The notes under the pieces: generated by a model
Seen by the model: the letters and a program-made list of their open reading frames with translations, nothing else
What the model was told of the DNA's origin: nothing
The model's database searches: none
NCBI GenBank assembly: GCA_964474825.1
Contig: CAYYWQ010000001.1
Coordinates: 165,609-229,608, forward strand
Reading direction: 5' to 3'
Length of the DNA: 64,000 nucleotides
Source: an uncultured Candidatus Saccharibacteria bacterium
GTDB lineage: Bacteria; Patescibacteriota; Doudnabacteria; UBA920
Position numbers and translations under genes: made by a program
In this document: piece by piece, positions 18,875 to 27,916 of the stretch
Layout of the letters: each line of letters starts with the position of its first letter
Position numbering within the stretch: the stretch's first letter is position 1

Positions 18875-19987
18875 TTAGATAATTACTCTTTTTAAATACT
18901 GCGGTATCTTAACCAAGATTTCATAAGGGATAGTATGGCAAAGTTTAGCTATGTTGTCTACACTGTTGGGGTCTTTGGGATTTTTGCTCATTATTGTTAC
19001 CGGCATGTCCAAACGGGGATTACTAACTTTTGAAATATCTATAGACGTTATATTCATACTAACTCTTCCGAGTATAGGACAAACCGTTTTCCCCACCATC
19101 ATAAAACCTTTACTAGAAAGTCTTCTGTCCAAGCCTTCGTGGTAGCCGCCTGCCACTGTGGCTACATTCATGTTTTTTGGCGCTGTAAAGGTTATATTGT
19201 ATCCAATTTTTTCGCCTTTTTTAAGTTTGCGAATAGAACTAATTACAGAACGCATTTCTAAGGCAGGTTTTAGGTTAAGTGGATTTCGCGGAGAAAAATT
19301 ATAGCCGTATAAAGAAATTCCCAAGCGCCCAATGTTGGAATCAATTTTTCCATTCAAATCCGCGCCCGCGCTGTTGCTTAAGTGTTTGTATTTTATGGAA
19401 GGTAATTCTTTAGGAAGTTTTTTAGCCAAACTATTCCATAACGCAATTTGCTTATGGCTAAATTCGTCTGTGTCGCCGTCTGCGTCTGCTAAGTGTGAAG
19501 ACATTCCTTCCACTTTAATAAATTTATTTTTTTGAATAATCTTAACTGCTTCATCAAGCTGCTGTGGAAGCAGTCCTTGCCTGCGCATGCCAGTGTCTAT
19601 TTTTAAATGAAAGACAACAGGCTTTATAATTTTGCGATTTATATCCTTTAACTGGTCCAGGCTAATAATTCCAAAAGAAATATTACGTAGCTTTTGATTG
19701 TTAATGCTTTCTGTGGTGCAGTAACCCAAAACCAAAAGGGGAGTTTTTATTTTGGCTTTCCGAAGTTCGCATGCCTCAAATATGGAATTAACCATAAAAA
19801 AAGGCGAGCCTTGCCCGTCTAAAATTTTACCAATTTCCACAAGTCCATGACCGTAACCATTGCTCTTAATAACCGGCGCAAATTTAACACTCCTGTAAGC
19901 GCGCTGAAATTGGCGAAGATTATGTAAAATATTGTCTTTATAAACCAAAACCTCTATTAGAGTTTCGTAAGGATTGCCTAATGTCAT
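18875..19987 (-). CDS. alr: Alanine racemase
   Basis: VIKSNGYGHG (PLP lysine), HLKIDTGMRRQG and GRVSMN motifs; start moved to MTLGNP at 19987. Confidence 0.92.
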   Translation of the reverse strand: MTLGNPYETLIEVLVYKDNILHNLRQFQRAYRSVKFAPVIKSNGYGHGLVEIGKILDGQGSPFFMVNSIFEACELRKAKIKTPLLVLGYCTTESINNQKLRNISFGIISLDQLKDINRKIIKPVVFHLKIDTGMRRQGLLPQQLDEAVKIIQKNKFIKVEGMSSHLADADGDTDEFSHKQIALWNSLAKKLPKELPSIKYKHLSNSAGADLNGKIDSNIGRLGISLYGYNFSPRNPLNLKPALEMRSVISSIRKLKKGEKIGYNITFTAPKNMNVATVAGGYHEGLDRRLSSKGFMMVGKTVCPILGRVSMNITSIDISKVSNPRLDMPVTIMSKNPKDPNSVDNIAKLCHTIPYEILVKIPQYLKRVII

Positions 19988-20089
19988 ATAAGCATTATAC
20001 CAAACTGGTATTGAAATAGAAAAGAAAGTGAGGTAGAATACTGCACGGGCTCCAAGGGGAGCCAATCTCAAGTTGAAGGATGGTTCAAG

Positions 20090-20320
20090 ATGAAGGATTT
20101 GGTTGAACGTATCGTGAAGGTGCTCGTTGATATCCCGGAACAAGTTGATGTCCGGGAGGTGAGCGGTGCGGAAGTAACGGTTTTTGAAGTTCGGGTGGCC
20201 CCTTCCGATACCGGAAAGGTAATAGGCAAACAAGGGCGTACTGTGCGTTCGATCCGCACTCTGTTGGGCGCGGCGGGTATGAAGGATCACAGGCGTTACT
20301 CTGTGGAGATCTTGGAGTAG
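20090..20320 (+). CDS. khpA: KH-domain RNA-binding protein (KhpA family)
   Basis: GKVIGKQGRT GxxG loop; 76 aa; AAGGA SD. Confidence 0.9.
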   Translation: MKDLVERIVKVLVDIPEQVDVREVSGAEVTVFEVRVAPSDTGKVIGKQGRTVRSIRTLLGAAGMKDHRRYSVEILE

Positions 20321-20514
20321 CTATGCTTCTTAGGCTACTAGTTGTGATGACCGGGCTGGTCATTCTATATTGCATGTTCCGTCTGGGACTTTCGTAACCG
20401 CGCCGCGGCCCGCAGTTTGTGGCCGCCGCTCAACCAAGCAAAAACCGGTAAAGACACAGTTTGCGCAGTACGCGCCGACTAGTTCTTTACCGGTTTTTCA
20501 ATTTACCCTTTTTG

Positions 20515-20625
20515 TGTCATTCCGAGCGAGTGCAGCCGAGAGAGGAATCCCTTAACTCTTATAATCATCCGCAAAGATATCCCTCCACTCTTCCTCAGAT
20601 GCATTCGGAGTAAGTTGGGATGACA
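20515..20625. repeat. Family D palindromic element, intergenic copy
   Basis: TGTCATTCCGAGCGAGTGCA...CAGATGCATTCGG...GGGATGACA. Confidence 0.9.
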
Positions 20626-20637
20626 AAGGGATGTTAT

Positions 20638-21843
20638 TTAAACTATTTCAAACCTATTTTGTTTCCGTTGCCAAAAGTAAACAATTATGGCCGCGGCTAA
20701 AAGCGCTATTGGGATCCAGTATCCGGGGACATAGGCGGTGGAAAATTCCCAGAAGCCTATTTTTTGGAAGCTAATGTTGCCGCGCACGGTTGCTACGTTG
20801 TCCAGTAATTGGTCAGTCTGTGTGTTTAAACTTTCTAGAGTATTTTTAATTGAAGTGATCTGGCTGGTTAAATAGCCGGATTGGCTGTTGTAGTTGTAAT
20901 TTTCATTGGCCAACTGGCTGCGTAAGTTTGCCACGCGGTTTTTTAAAGTTTGTTTTTCTTGTTCTATTTGCGCGGCACGGCTTGGGTCAAAAGTAGTTTC
21001 TTTTTCTAAGTCCGCCAGTTGCTTGTTTGCCGAGCTAATTTGCCCGTTTAATTTGCCCGTGGTTTGGGTGTGGGCTTCGTTTAATTTGGTTAAATCTAAA
21101 TTTAATTGTGCCAGGCTTTTATTCTGTTCGTTAGTTTGCTGTTCCAAAGAAACTTTTTCCGGCAGCATGTTTTGGCTGCTTAAGCTTTCACTGTAAAAGC
21201 GCGCGCCGGTTAAGTTTTTAATTTCTGTTTTAAAACTTTCCAGTTTACCGGACGGGATTACAAAACTAATATGGCCGGACTGCTCCGAAGCGCTGGCGGA
21301 ATCTACCCGTCCGCCAAAGCCGCGGACAGTTGTTTCTACCCTTTGTTCTAAAGGCTGAATGTCCCTGCTTTTTAAAACAGCGCCATAACCTGTTTTAATA
21401 AATTCGCGGTTGTCCGTGGAAGGGATTTCCGCCGCTTGGTTATAGGGTTGGGTATAATAATAGTCAGGCGCAAATGTTTTTGCGGACGAGTTATTCATGG
21501 GAGCCGACAGCGAATCTGTCCGCAGGCCCCTTGCGGAAGAATCTATTTCTTGATTATTTAAAGGCACGGCAGGAGATTGTGCCACAGTAGTTTCTTTATT
21601 TTGCCCCATTAAAAGTTGTGTGTTGGTTTTGTGGTTGGCCACCGTAATAAATAGCAGGCTTACAAAGGCCATGCCGGAAAGCGCCAAAGAGAGCCAGGGG
21701 ACAGGGGATTTAAAATTATCAGCATTAACAACGGCGGGGTTTAACTCACTGAGCGCCGCGTTTTTTAAGGTTTGATAATTGTTGGGCAGCTGCTGTTGCT
21801 GTTTGCCCCAGTCGCTTAAAGTTTTTTCTAAAGTGTAATTCAT
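20638..21843 (-). CDS. DUF4349-like membrane coiled-coil protein (possible anti-sigma partner)
   Basis: N- and C-terminal TM helices, GGRVDS...ISFVIP motif and a coiled coil; lies downstream of the ECF sigma gene. Confidence 0.65.
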   Translation of the reverse strand: MNYTLEKTLSDWGKQQQQLPNNYQTLKNAALSELNPAVVNADNFKSPVPWLSLALSGMAFVSLLFITVANHKTNTQLLMGQNKETTVAQSPAVPLNNQEIDSSARGLRTDSLSAPMNNSSAKTFAPDYYYTQPYNQAAEIPSTDNREFIKTGYGAVLKSRDIQPLEQRVETTVRGFGGRVDSASASEQSGHISFVIPSGKLESFKTEIKNLTGARFYSESLSSQNMLPEKVSLEQQTNEQNKSLAQLNLDLTKLNEAHTQTTGKLNGQISSANKQLADLEKETTFDPSRAAQIEQEKQTLKNRVANLRSQLANENYNYNSQSGYLTSQITSIKNTLESLNTQTDQLLDNVATVRGNISFQKIGFWEFSTAYVPGYWIPIALLAAAIIVYFWQRKQNRFEIV

Positions 21844-21857
21844 ATTTTTTCAGTTTT

Positions 21858-21951
21858 ACCCTGTTAAATAATTTTGTCAAAGCAGCTTATGTAACAAACT
21901 AATTTGATGTGGTTTAAGTAATAGATCTCCTGGCTATCTATTTAACAGGGT
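21858..21951. repeat. Inverted-repeat element (family C-related) overlapping the sigma-factor stop
   Basis: Perfect 13-bp IR ACCCTGTTAAATA / TATTTAACAGGGT. Confidence 0.7.
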
Positions 21952-22465
21952 GAATTGCGGCACGGGCCCGGGTAAGTGCTCTATGCAGGCGCACCCTAAC
22001 CGCCACAAAGTTAATGTTCAAAACTTTAGCTATGTCGTTTACAGGCAAGTCGCTAATATAACGAAGGCGTAAAAGTTCGCGGTCGTCCTCGCTTAACAGA
22101 GCCATTACCTGCTCTATTAATAAAGTATTTTCGGAAGTTTTAGCGTCGTCCGTTACCTGTTCGTGCTGCTCCACATTCAACTCGACTTCTCTTCCGGATT
22201 TTCTCCAGTATTGTCGGCATTCGTTATGCGCAATGGCAAACAACCAGGCGCTAAAATTTCCGCCTTCTGTCCTAAAGCCGGGCAAGGCGTTAATGGCTTT
22301 AAGCCATGTGTTCTGAAGTATGTCTTCGGCCAGTGTTTTGTTTTTAAGGGTGTTAACCAAATAGCCAAAAAGTTTTGGCGTAAGGGCATCCCAAAGTTGG
22401 CCCAATGCTTCCTTGTTACCGCCCTGGGCCTGTTTTACTAACGTTTGCTGCTGTTGTAAATCCAT
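21938..22465 (-). CDS. ECF sigma factor
   Basis: AEDILQNTW, FSAWLFAIAHN and region 4 (IAKVLNI...VRVRLHRA) motifs. Confidence 0.93.
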   Translation of the reverse strand: MDLQQQQTLVKQAQGGNKEALGQLWDALTPKLFGYLVNTLKNKTLAEDILQNTWLKAINALPGFRTEGGNFSAWLFAIAHNECRQYWRKSGREVELNVEQHEQVTDDAKTSENTLLIEQVMALLSEDDRELLRLRYISDLPVNDIAKVLNINFVAVRVRLHRALTRARAAIHPVK

Positions 22466-22595
22466 AAATTATAATTGCCAGACTGATATCAGTTGCTATA
22501 GCTATATATAGATAATACCGCAAGACGGTAAAAGGTTACAAGTAAAAAACCGTCCCGTTCTAAATTAAGGGGCGGTTTTTAATAATATTATAGTT

Positions 22596-23186
22596 TTACT
22601 TCACTACTCCAATTGAGTAATATTGTCCGAATGTGGCATCGCCATAAGACAGGGTGCCTTTAAGTTGTGGGTGAGCAACGGTTTCCAGTGGTGCTGCCAA
22701 AAAATAGGCCAAGGTACTGCTGGCATTTGCCGGAAATTTAAGGTTAGTGCCGTATACGTAGACGTATCCGGTAGTGGCAGAATTGCTCGGGTCTTTAGGG
22801 TCACGGGTAATATATTTTGGCACCATGGGGCTCATAAAGGAGTTGTCTCCCGAAGAGTCCACGTTTCCAATACCGGCAAGGCTAAGGTTGCAGGCTCCGC
22901 TGTATCCAACGTCTGTACAGTCCGGGTAGCGCTTGTTGTCCGCGTAGTATAATTCTAAGGCTTTGGCTACATTATTTAAGTCCGCGATTCTCTTAGTGTC
23001 ACGCCCTTTAATGCGAGCTGTTTTTAATGCCACCATAGTTAGGGAAGAAATAAAGACAATAATAGAAACAACTACCATAAGTTCTACAAGTGTATAACCA
23101 CTCATAGACTCCATGGAAGGTTTATTGTGTTTTTTGAGGGAAAAGTGGGATGCTTTGTCTTTATGAATTTTTGTTCTTGATTTCAT
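22596..23186 (-). CDS. Type IV pilin / GspG-like prepilin
   Basis: G/YTLVELMVVVSII class III signal; RDTKRIADL...ALELYYADNKRYP. Confidence 0.88.
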   Translation of the reverse strand: MKSRTKIHKDKASHFSLKKHNKPSMESMSGYTLVELMVVVSIIVFISSLTMVALKTARIKGRDTKRIADLNNVAKALELYYADNKRYPDCTDVGYSGACNLSLAGIGNVDSSGDNSFMSPMVPKYITRDPKDPSNSATTGYVYVYGTNLKFPANASSTLAYFLAAPLETVAHPQLKGTLSYGDATFGQYYSIGVVK

Positions 23187-23345
23187 TTTTGCGATTTTTT
23201 ACAAATTGCACTATGTGGTTATTTTACCACTATTTTTTGTTTTTTTAAAATGGTAAATAGTCAATTTTGCTTTAATCCTTATATTAATGCCATTTTTAGT
23301 CAAAATCATGCTATAATAGAAACCAGAAAATTAAATTTAGAATTT

Positions 23346-24344
23346 ATGAAAAGATTACTGCTTATCTTGGCGGTTATGTTATTACTTGGAGCTTCGTGTA
23401 ATAACCAAAAAACTCCGGCTACCCAAAATCAGGAGGGGGAGCTAAATACACATTCAACAAGTACCCCAAACGAGCCGGTGAGTGGCGAAACAACTTCTGT
23501 AAAAGTGGCGGTAATTGCTTTGGGGGACAATGGAAAATTAGGAGAAAAAATTGGCTGCGACGACAGTGTGGTTTACATAACCAAAAATGTTCCGGCAACA
23601 AAGCAACCACTTAACGCGGCCTTAAAACAACTCTTTGTGTTAAATGAATCCAGCGTAAAAGATGCCGCCTATCCCAATGCTGATTTGTATAATGTCATTC
23701 ACAGCTGGCAGCGAAGTTATCCGGAAAAAGAAGTAGTTTTAAAGTTTGACCATGCCACAATTGAGGAAGGCGTGGCTAAAATTTATTTAACCGGAAGTTT
23801 TGGAAGCATTGGCGGGGTTTGCGATGACCCACGAGTTGCCGCGCAATTCGGAGGGACAATTAAGCAATTCTCCTCTGTAAAATCTTATGAGACTTACTTA
23901 AACGGTAAACCCGTTGTTTGGACAGAACTGTTTTCCGGAATGGGTTGGGAAACTTATATTAACAGCGAATATGGTTTTGAAATTCATTACCCCGGGAATT
24001 GGACACAGAAAATTACACAAGCCGGAAGTCTTAAGGAAGCGTACCCGTTGGAAATAGAGTGGAATACTCAGTCTGACATTAAAGTATATTTGGAGGCAGA
24101 TTATCATTCTTTTGATTTTGCGCAATCGCACATAGGTTCTGATGGTGGAAAAACTGTCTTTGGAAGAAAATATGATTTACTGCATGGAAAAACTTCCAGT
24201 TCATCCAACACCTCTTTTATAATGTATTCAACAAAAGGAACGGGGGACAGGGCTTATCACTTGCGTGTTACATACCCAACTTCTAAGGAATCTACGGCAA
24301 TTGGATGGGCGGAAGATTTGTTGGGGACTTTAACGTTCAAATAG
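23346..24344 (+). CDS. Lipoprotein with a GerMN-like domain
   Basis: MKRLLLILAVMLLLGAS-C lipobox; IGCDDSVV and GGVCDDPR motifs; TGCTATAAT upstream. Confidence 0.7.
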   Translation: MKRLLLILAVMLLLGASCNNQKTPATQNQEGELNTHSTSTPNEPVSGETTSVKVAVIALGDNGKLGEKIGCDDSVVYITKNVPATKQPLNAALKQLFVLNESSVKDAAYPNADLYNVIHSWQRSYPEKEVVLKFDHATIEEGVAKIYLTGSFGSIGGVCDDPRVAAQFGGTIKQFSSVKSYETYLNGKPVVWTELFSGMGWETYINSEYGFEIHYPGNWTQKITQAGSLKEAYPLEIEWNTQSDIKVYLEADYHSFDFAQSHIGSDGGKTVFGRKYDLLHGKTSSSSNTSFIMYSTKGTGDRAYHLRVTYPTSKESTAIGWAEDLLGTLTFK

Positions 24345-24396
24345 TGTTAGGGAACTTTTTAATGCCGAGGTGGCCGTTGCGACAAAGACGGTTTTT

Positions 24397-25203
24397 TTAA
24401 AGCCATCTTGCCACTGGTTCCTCCGGAGATTCTTCCTGTTTTATTTTCAGCATGGCATTCGTCATGGGGAAATCAAAGCCTTTTTCTCTTGCCATGACTT
24501 TGTGTAATTTTTTTAGGAATTCCGCGCGTTGTACCCGCTTAAATAGGGGATAACCGTCCCAAAGATACATTTGCGGGGTTTCCCTTTTTTTCGCGTAGCC
24601 GTAAACTATGTCGTTCTTGCCTTCAAAGTCAGGTATGGTCACACTGCCGCTACCCTCGTTTTCGCTGTCAAAAAAATAACGAGCCAAAGAAGCCAAGAGT
24701 TCGTCCTTAGAGGCTAAATATTTCTCTCGGGATTTTATGTCTTGTTTGTCTATGTCCTGGCTGTAGATTTTTTCGGAAACTAAATAACCGGTACCTTTTT
24801 TTTGTTTTTTGTCCTGTGTGGTCGGTTGCTCGGGCTCGCCAAATACTAGCTGCATGTCGGGCAAATATTTTGCAAAATGTTTTTTTAGCAGCTCCAGAGA
24901 TTTTTGGTACTCATGGTGGAATTCGCCAAAGGTGTATTTAAATCGCTCGTGACTTGATTTAGGCAAGTGAGCGTCTTGATACATTTTCATGTCCAAAAGC
25001 GTTAACCGCTTTATTATGTGCTCGTCGTCCGGCCCGGCTTCCCAGCCTTCTCCTTCCACTGACCTAACAGGTTTCCTTGCTTCATATACTTTGGCTAAGT
25101 CTCCTTCGGCTATTTTTTTGCCCATAAATACCGGTGCCAAATCTTTTTTTTCGCCGGCGATGATTTTTTTAAATTTTTCAAAACTTTCAGCAAATTTAAC
25201 CAT
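24397..25203 (-). CDS. Hypothetical protein, possible kinase-like fold
   Basis: Open frame; IAEGDLAKVY / IIK / YLVSEK / PDF / LWD spacing; start uncertain. Confidence 0.5.
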   Translation of the reverse strand: MVKFAESFEKFKKIIAGEKKDLAPVFMGKKIAEGDLAKVYEARKPVRSVEGEGWEAGPDDEHIIKRLTLLDMKMYQDAHLPKSSHERFKYTFGEFHHEYQKSLELLKKHFAKYLPDMQLVFGEPEQPTTQDKKQKKGTGYLVSEKIYSQDIDKQDIKSREKYLASKDELLASLARYFFDSENEGSGSVTIPDFEGKNDIVYGYAKKRETPQMYLWDGYPLFKRVQRAEFLKKLHKVMAREKGFDFPMTNAMLKIKQEESPEEPVARWL

Positions 25204-25489
25204 ATTTTTTGTATTTATTAAAAAATAAAAACCGGCCCAAAGGCCGATTATAATTGATGCCAGCCACAGCAATTACTGCTGTGAATACGCTGTCACCCAA
25301 GGCATATTTATTATACCGCATTTAAAAAATTTGTAAATGTGGAAAAACTTTTTACCTAAAGATTGTGGAATTAGAGGAAAAATAATCTTCTAAAATCATC
25401 AATAAATATTGCTGAGCTTAGAGGATCGGGCAAGCTTAGCTTACCCGTGCCTGTCGAACTTGATTACTCCTCCTAGTTTTTGCGCTTTT

Positions 25490-25795
25490 TTAGCGCTGGG
25501 GTTGAGGTCGCCGGGAAGCCGCCAAGGCCGCCATGCGACCCTTGTTGCCGACTTCGCTCAGCACCATCATCATCGGCGCCGGTTCGGCGACGTTCTTGCC
25601 GTTCTGGGCAATGGCGATAAGCGCCTCGCCTCCGTCTTTCTCCAATATGAGCACCAGCGTGCTCCTTGTTCCTTTTTCTACTCCTTCCGAAAGGCGCAGG
25701 CCCATCATTTGCAGGGCCTGTTGGATCTCTTCACCATGGGCGAAGTTTTGCGCGATCAGCTCGGGGGTCACTCCGGTTACTACCATCTGAGGCAT
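25490..25795 (-). CDS. Hypothetical protein
   Basis: GGAGA SD before MPQMVV; 101 aa. Confidence 0.5.
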   Translation of the reverse strand: MPQMVVTGVTPELIAQNFAHGEEIQQALQMMGLRLSEGVEKGTRSTLVLILEKDGGEALIAIAQNGKNVAEPAPMMMVLSEVGNKGRMAALAASRRPQPQR

Positions 25796-26000
25796 TCTTT
25801 CTCCAAGAATTTGATTTTCGCAACACTTCCACAATTTTGTGGAAAGCGAACTGCCAATAATAATTTATTTAGCAAATCGTTTTCCATAAATTTTTACAAT
25901 TGCAACTTAAGATTCTATCAAGATTTAGTCTTATTGTCAATGAAATAATACAAATATGCAAAAAGGAGATTATGTAAGATTTATAAATTTAAAACCAGCC

Positions 26001-26642
26001 TCAAGGTTTCCCTTGAGGCTTTCGAAATCCCGCAAACCGCTTTGCGCGTTCTTTTTTTATGGGGTTGTAGTCGGCGTTGAGGATCTTGACCCAATTGGCT
26101 GGCAGCGTAGGGTCGTAGCCCGCGTCTTTTAGTTTGGCAACCAGTCCCTCTAAGGTGTGCTTGCGGGTACGTGCCAGCAACTTTTGCGCCTCTTGCGATT
26201 CATAGTAGGGCAGGCGCCGCAGGGTGCCGGTTGTTGTTTGCGGAAAAATTCTTTGCAAGATTTGTTTCCGCATAAGCAGGCTGAGTTGCCGCACGTCTTC
26301 GCCATTTAGCCAGAGTAGGTCAAACACAAAGTAAATAACGTGCGGGTTGCCGGTGGTTACGGCTTCAAAGTCCGGGTTGCCTTCGCTGTCCAGACAGGCC
26401 AGTTCGCCGTCGAACACAGCTTCTTCAAAACCCAAACCCACAAGCTCCTTGCGCACCTGCGCGAACCCGGCATGGGTTTTACCGCTTTTCGTTTGCAGTG
26501 TTACGCTCTTGCCAGAGATTTTTGCCAGGCAACGCCAGCCGTCTACTTTGGGTTCGTACACGTAGAGCAGGGGATTCTTAAGCACTTGCGTTATGCTGTA
26601 GCGGTCATCGCTCACAACAATAGCGGTTATTTTGGGCACCAT
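26001..26642 (-). CDS. ATP-dependent DNA ligase adenylation-domain protein (no OB domain)
   Basis: EPKVDGWR (motif I), FDGEL, FVFDLLWLNG, EGLVAK and WVK motifs. Confidence 0.85.
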   Translation of the reverse strand: MVPKITAIVVSDDRYSITQVLKNPLLYVYEPKVDGWRCLAKISGKSVTLQTKSGKTHAGFAQVRKELVGLGFEEAVFDGELACLDSEGNPDFEAVTTGNPHVIYFVFDLLWLNGEDVRQLSLLMRKQILQRIFPQTTTGTLRRLPYYESQEAQKLLARTRKHTLEGLVAKLKDAGYDPTLPANWVKILNADYNPIKKERAKRFAGFRKPQGKP

Positions 26643-26864
26643 ACTCCCTCCTTGGTATAACCAGAAACGGAGGGATTTAATAAAAGTTACGAATAAAAAA
26701 GCACAAAGATTGTCTTTGCGCGAAGTTTATGCAAAATTTTTTCAAACCACTTCCCAAACTAATTATAAAATAACAAACTTGGGAGGTGGGCTGAAATACA
26801 ACAGGAGTTGTAGTAGCCCGGTCTTGAATTCAAATCCACTCAACTTGTTGGAACTGGCTGGAAG

Positions 26865-27398
26865 TTACTGCTGGGCGATGATCTTTCTGGACTCGCTCAT
26901 GTTTTTGCTGAGCTCAGGTGCGAGCTCAAAGCTTTTAGAGAGGGAGCTAATATGGCTTTCTAATGCTTTGCCCTCGTCTTCGAATTCTCGGAGCTTTTCG
27001 TAAAACAGAGGATCCTTACTTTTTGGTATGAGGTTAGCCCTCGCCTCAAGGATTTTTCTGTGGGAGTTCAGGAACTTGAGTTTCGTCTGATGGTAAGTCC
27101 CCAAGACATTCGCTAGTCTTATGTAGGCCTTCCTGACTTCACGCTGGGCGATTGTTCCTTCGTACCAATCGTCGATTTTTTTTGCCTGAGCTAGTTTTGC
27201 CTTTAGTATGTCCAAGGCGTAGTCGGAAAAGCCGGCGGCGACCTGGCAGTCTCTGGCAAACGTCTCCAGCCTGTCCTTCTCTACTTCTAGGGCGGCTTGC
27301 CAGTCTTTTTTTCTCTCGGCGGTTGCGGTGGTGCTGGCGCTCAGGAAGATCGCCAACAAAATAAGAGAGTGGATTAAATTTTTCATGGCTTTCCTCAA
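26865..27398 (-). CDS. Hypothetical secreted helical protein
   Basis: Signal-peptide-like N-terminus; helical composition. Confidence 0.55.
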   Translation of the reverse strand: MRKAMKNLIHSLILLAIFLSASTTATAERKKDWQAALEVEKDRLETFARDCQVAAGFSDYALDILKAKLAQAKKIDDWYEGTIAQREVRKAYIRLANVLGTYHQTKLKFLNSHRKILEARANLIPKSKDPLFYEKLREFEDEGKALESHISSLSKSFELAPELSKNMSESRKIIAQQ

Positions 27399-27523
27399 AA
27401 GGAACTAGGCGCCTAAAAAGCCGCGCAAATCCCTTCAAAGAAAACCCTGTATTATACCCCCTAAAAAATATGCTTTAGTATATCAAAAAGCCCGGGAAAG
27501 TCCAGGCTTAGTTTTATAAAATA

Positions 27524-27892
27524 TTAGTTATTGTTACTCCACCAATTTGGCCTGCTTAAGTCTTTTGTTTTAATTCCTTTCGCTAGACAATAGGGAATAT
27601 AAGGCAAAACATCTGCGAGTAAATGTAAAATAATTAAAGGCGGAAATTTTGTCCAATTACCAAAGTCTTGGTGAATGCAAACAAGCTCGCCTTCATCTAC
27701 AGCATGAATGTGTTTAAAATAAGCACGGGAACGATAGCTGTTGGTTGGGTGGGAAAAATTATACTCTTTTTTAAATAAATTTTTTACAGCCTCAAAATCT
27801 GCCGGCTTAACCCAAATAAAATATCTGTCTAATGGCTTAATGTCCAGCATCTTCCTTTCCCAAAAATAATTCCAAAGTTCTGTTTCTTTCAT
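27524..27892 (-). CDS. Hypothetical protein
   Basis: 122-aa ORF with ATG start; no recognised motif. Confidence 0.55.
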   Translation of the reverse strand: MKETELWNYFWERKMLDIKPLDRYFIWVKPADFEAVKNLFKKEYNFSHPTNSYRSRAYFKHIHAVDEGELVCIHQDFGNWTKFPPLIILHLLADVLPYIPYCLAKGIKTKDLSRPNWWSNNN

Positions 27893-27916
27893 GTTCTAAA
27901 TTCTAATTGGAGTAAA

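Noticed and set aside
19988-20290. 101-aa N-terminal extension of Alr in the ORF track
   Set aside because: It overlaps khpA on the opposite strand; the ATG at 19987 gives a normal-length Alr.
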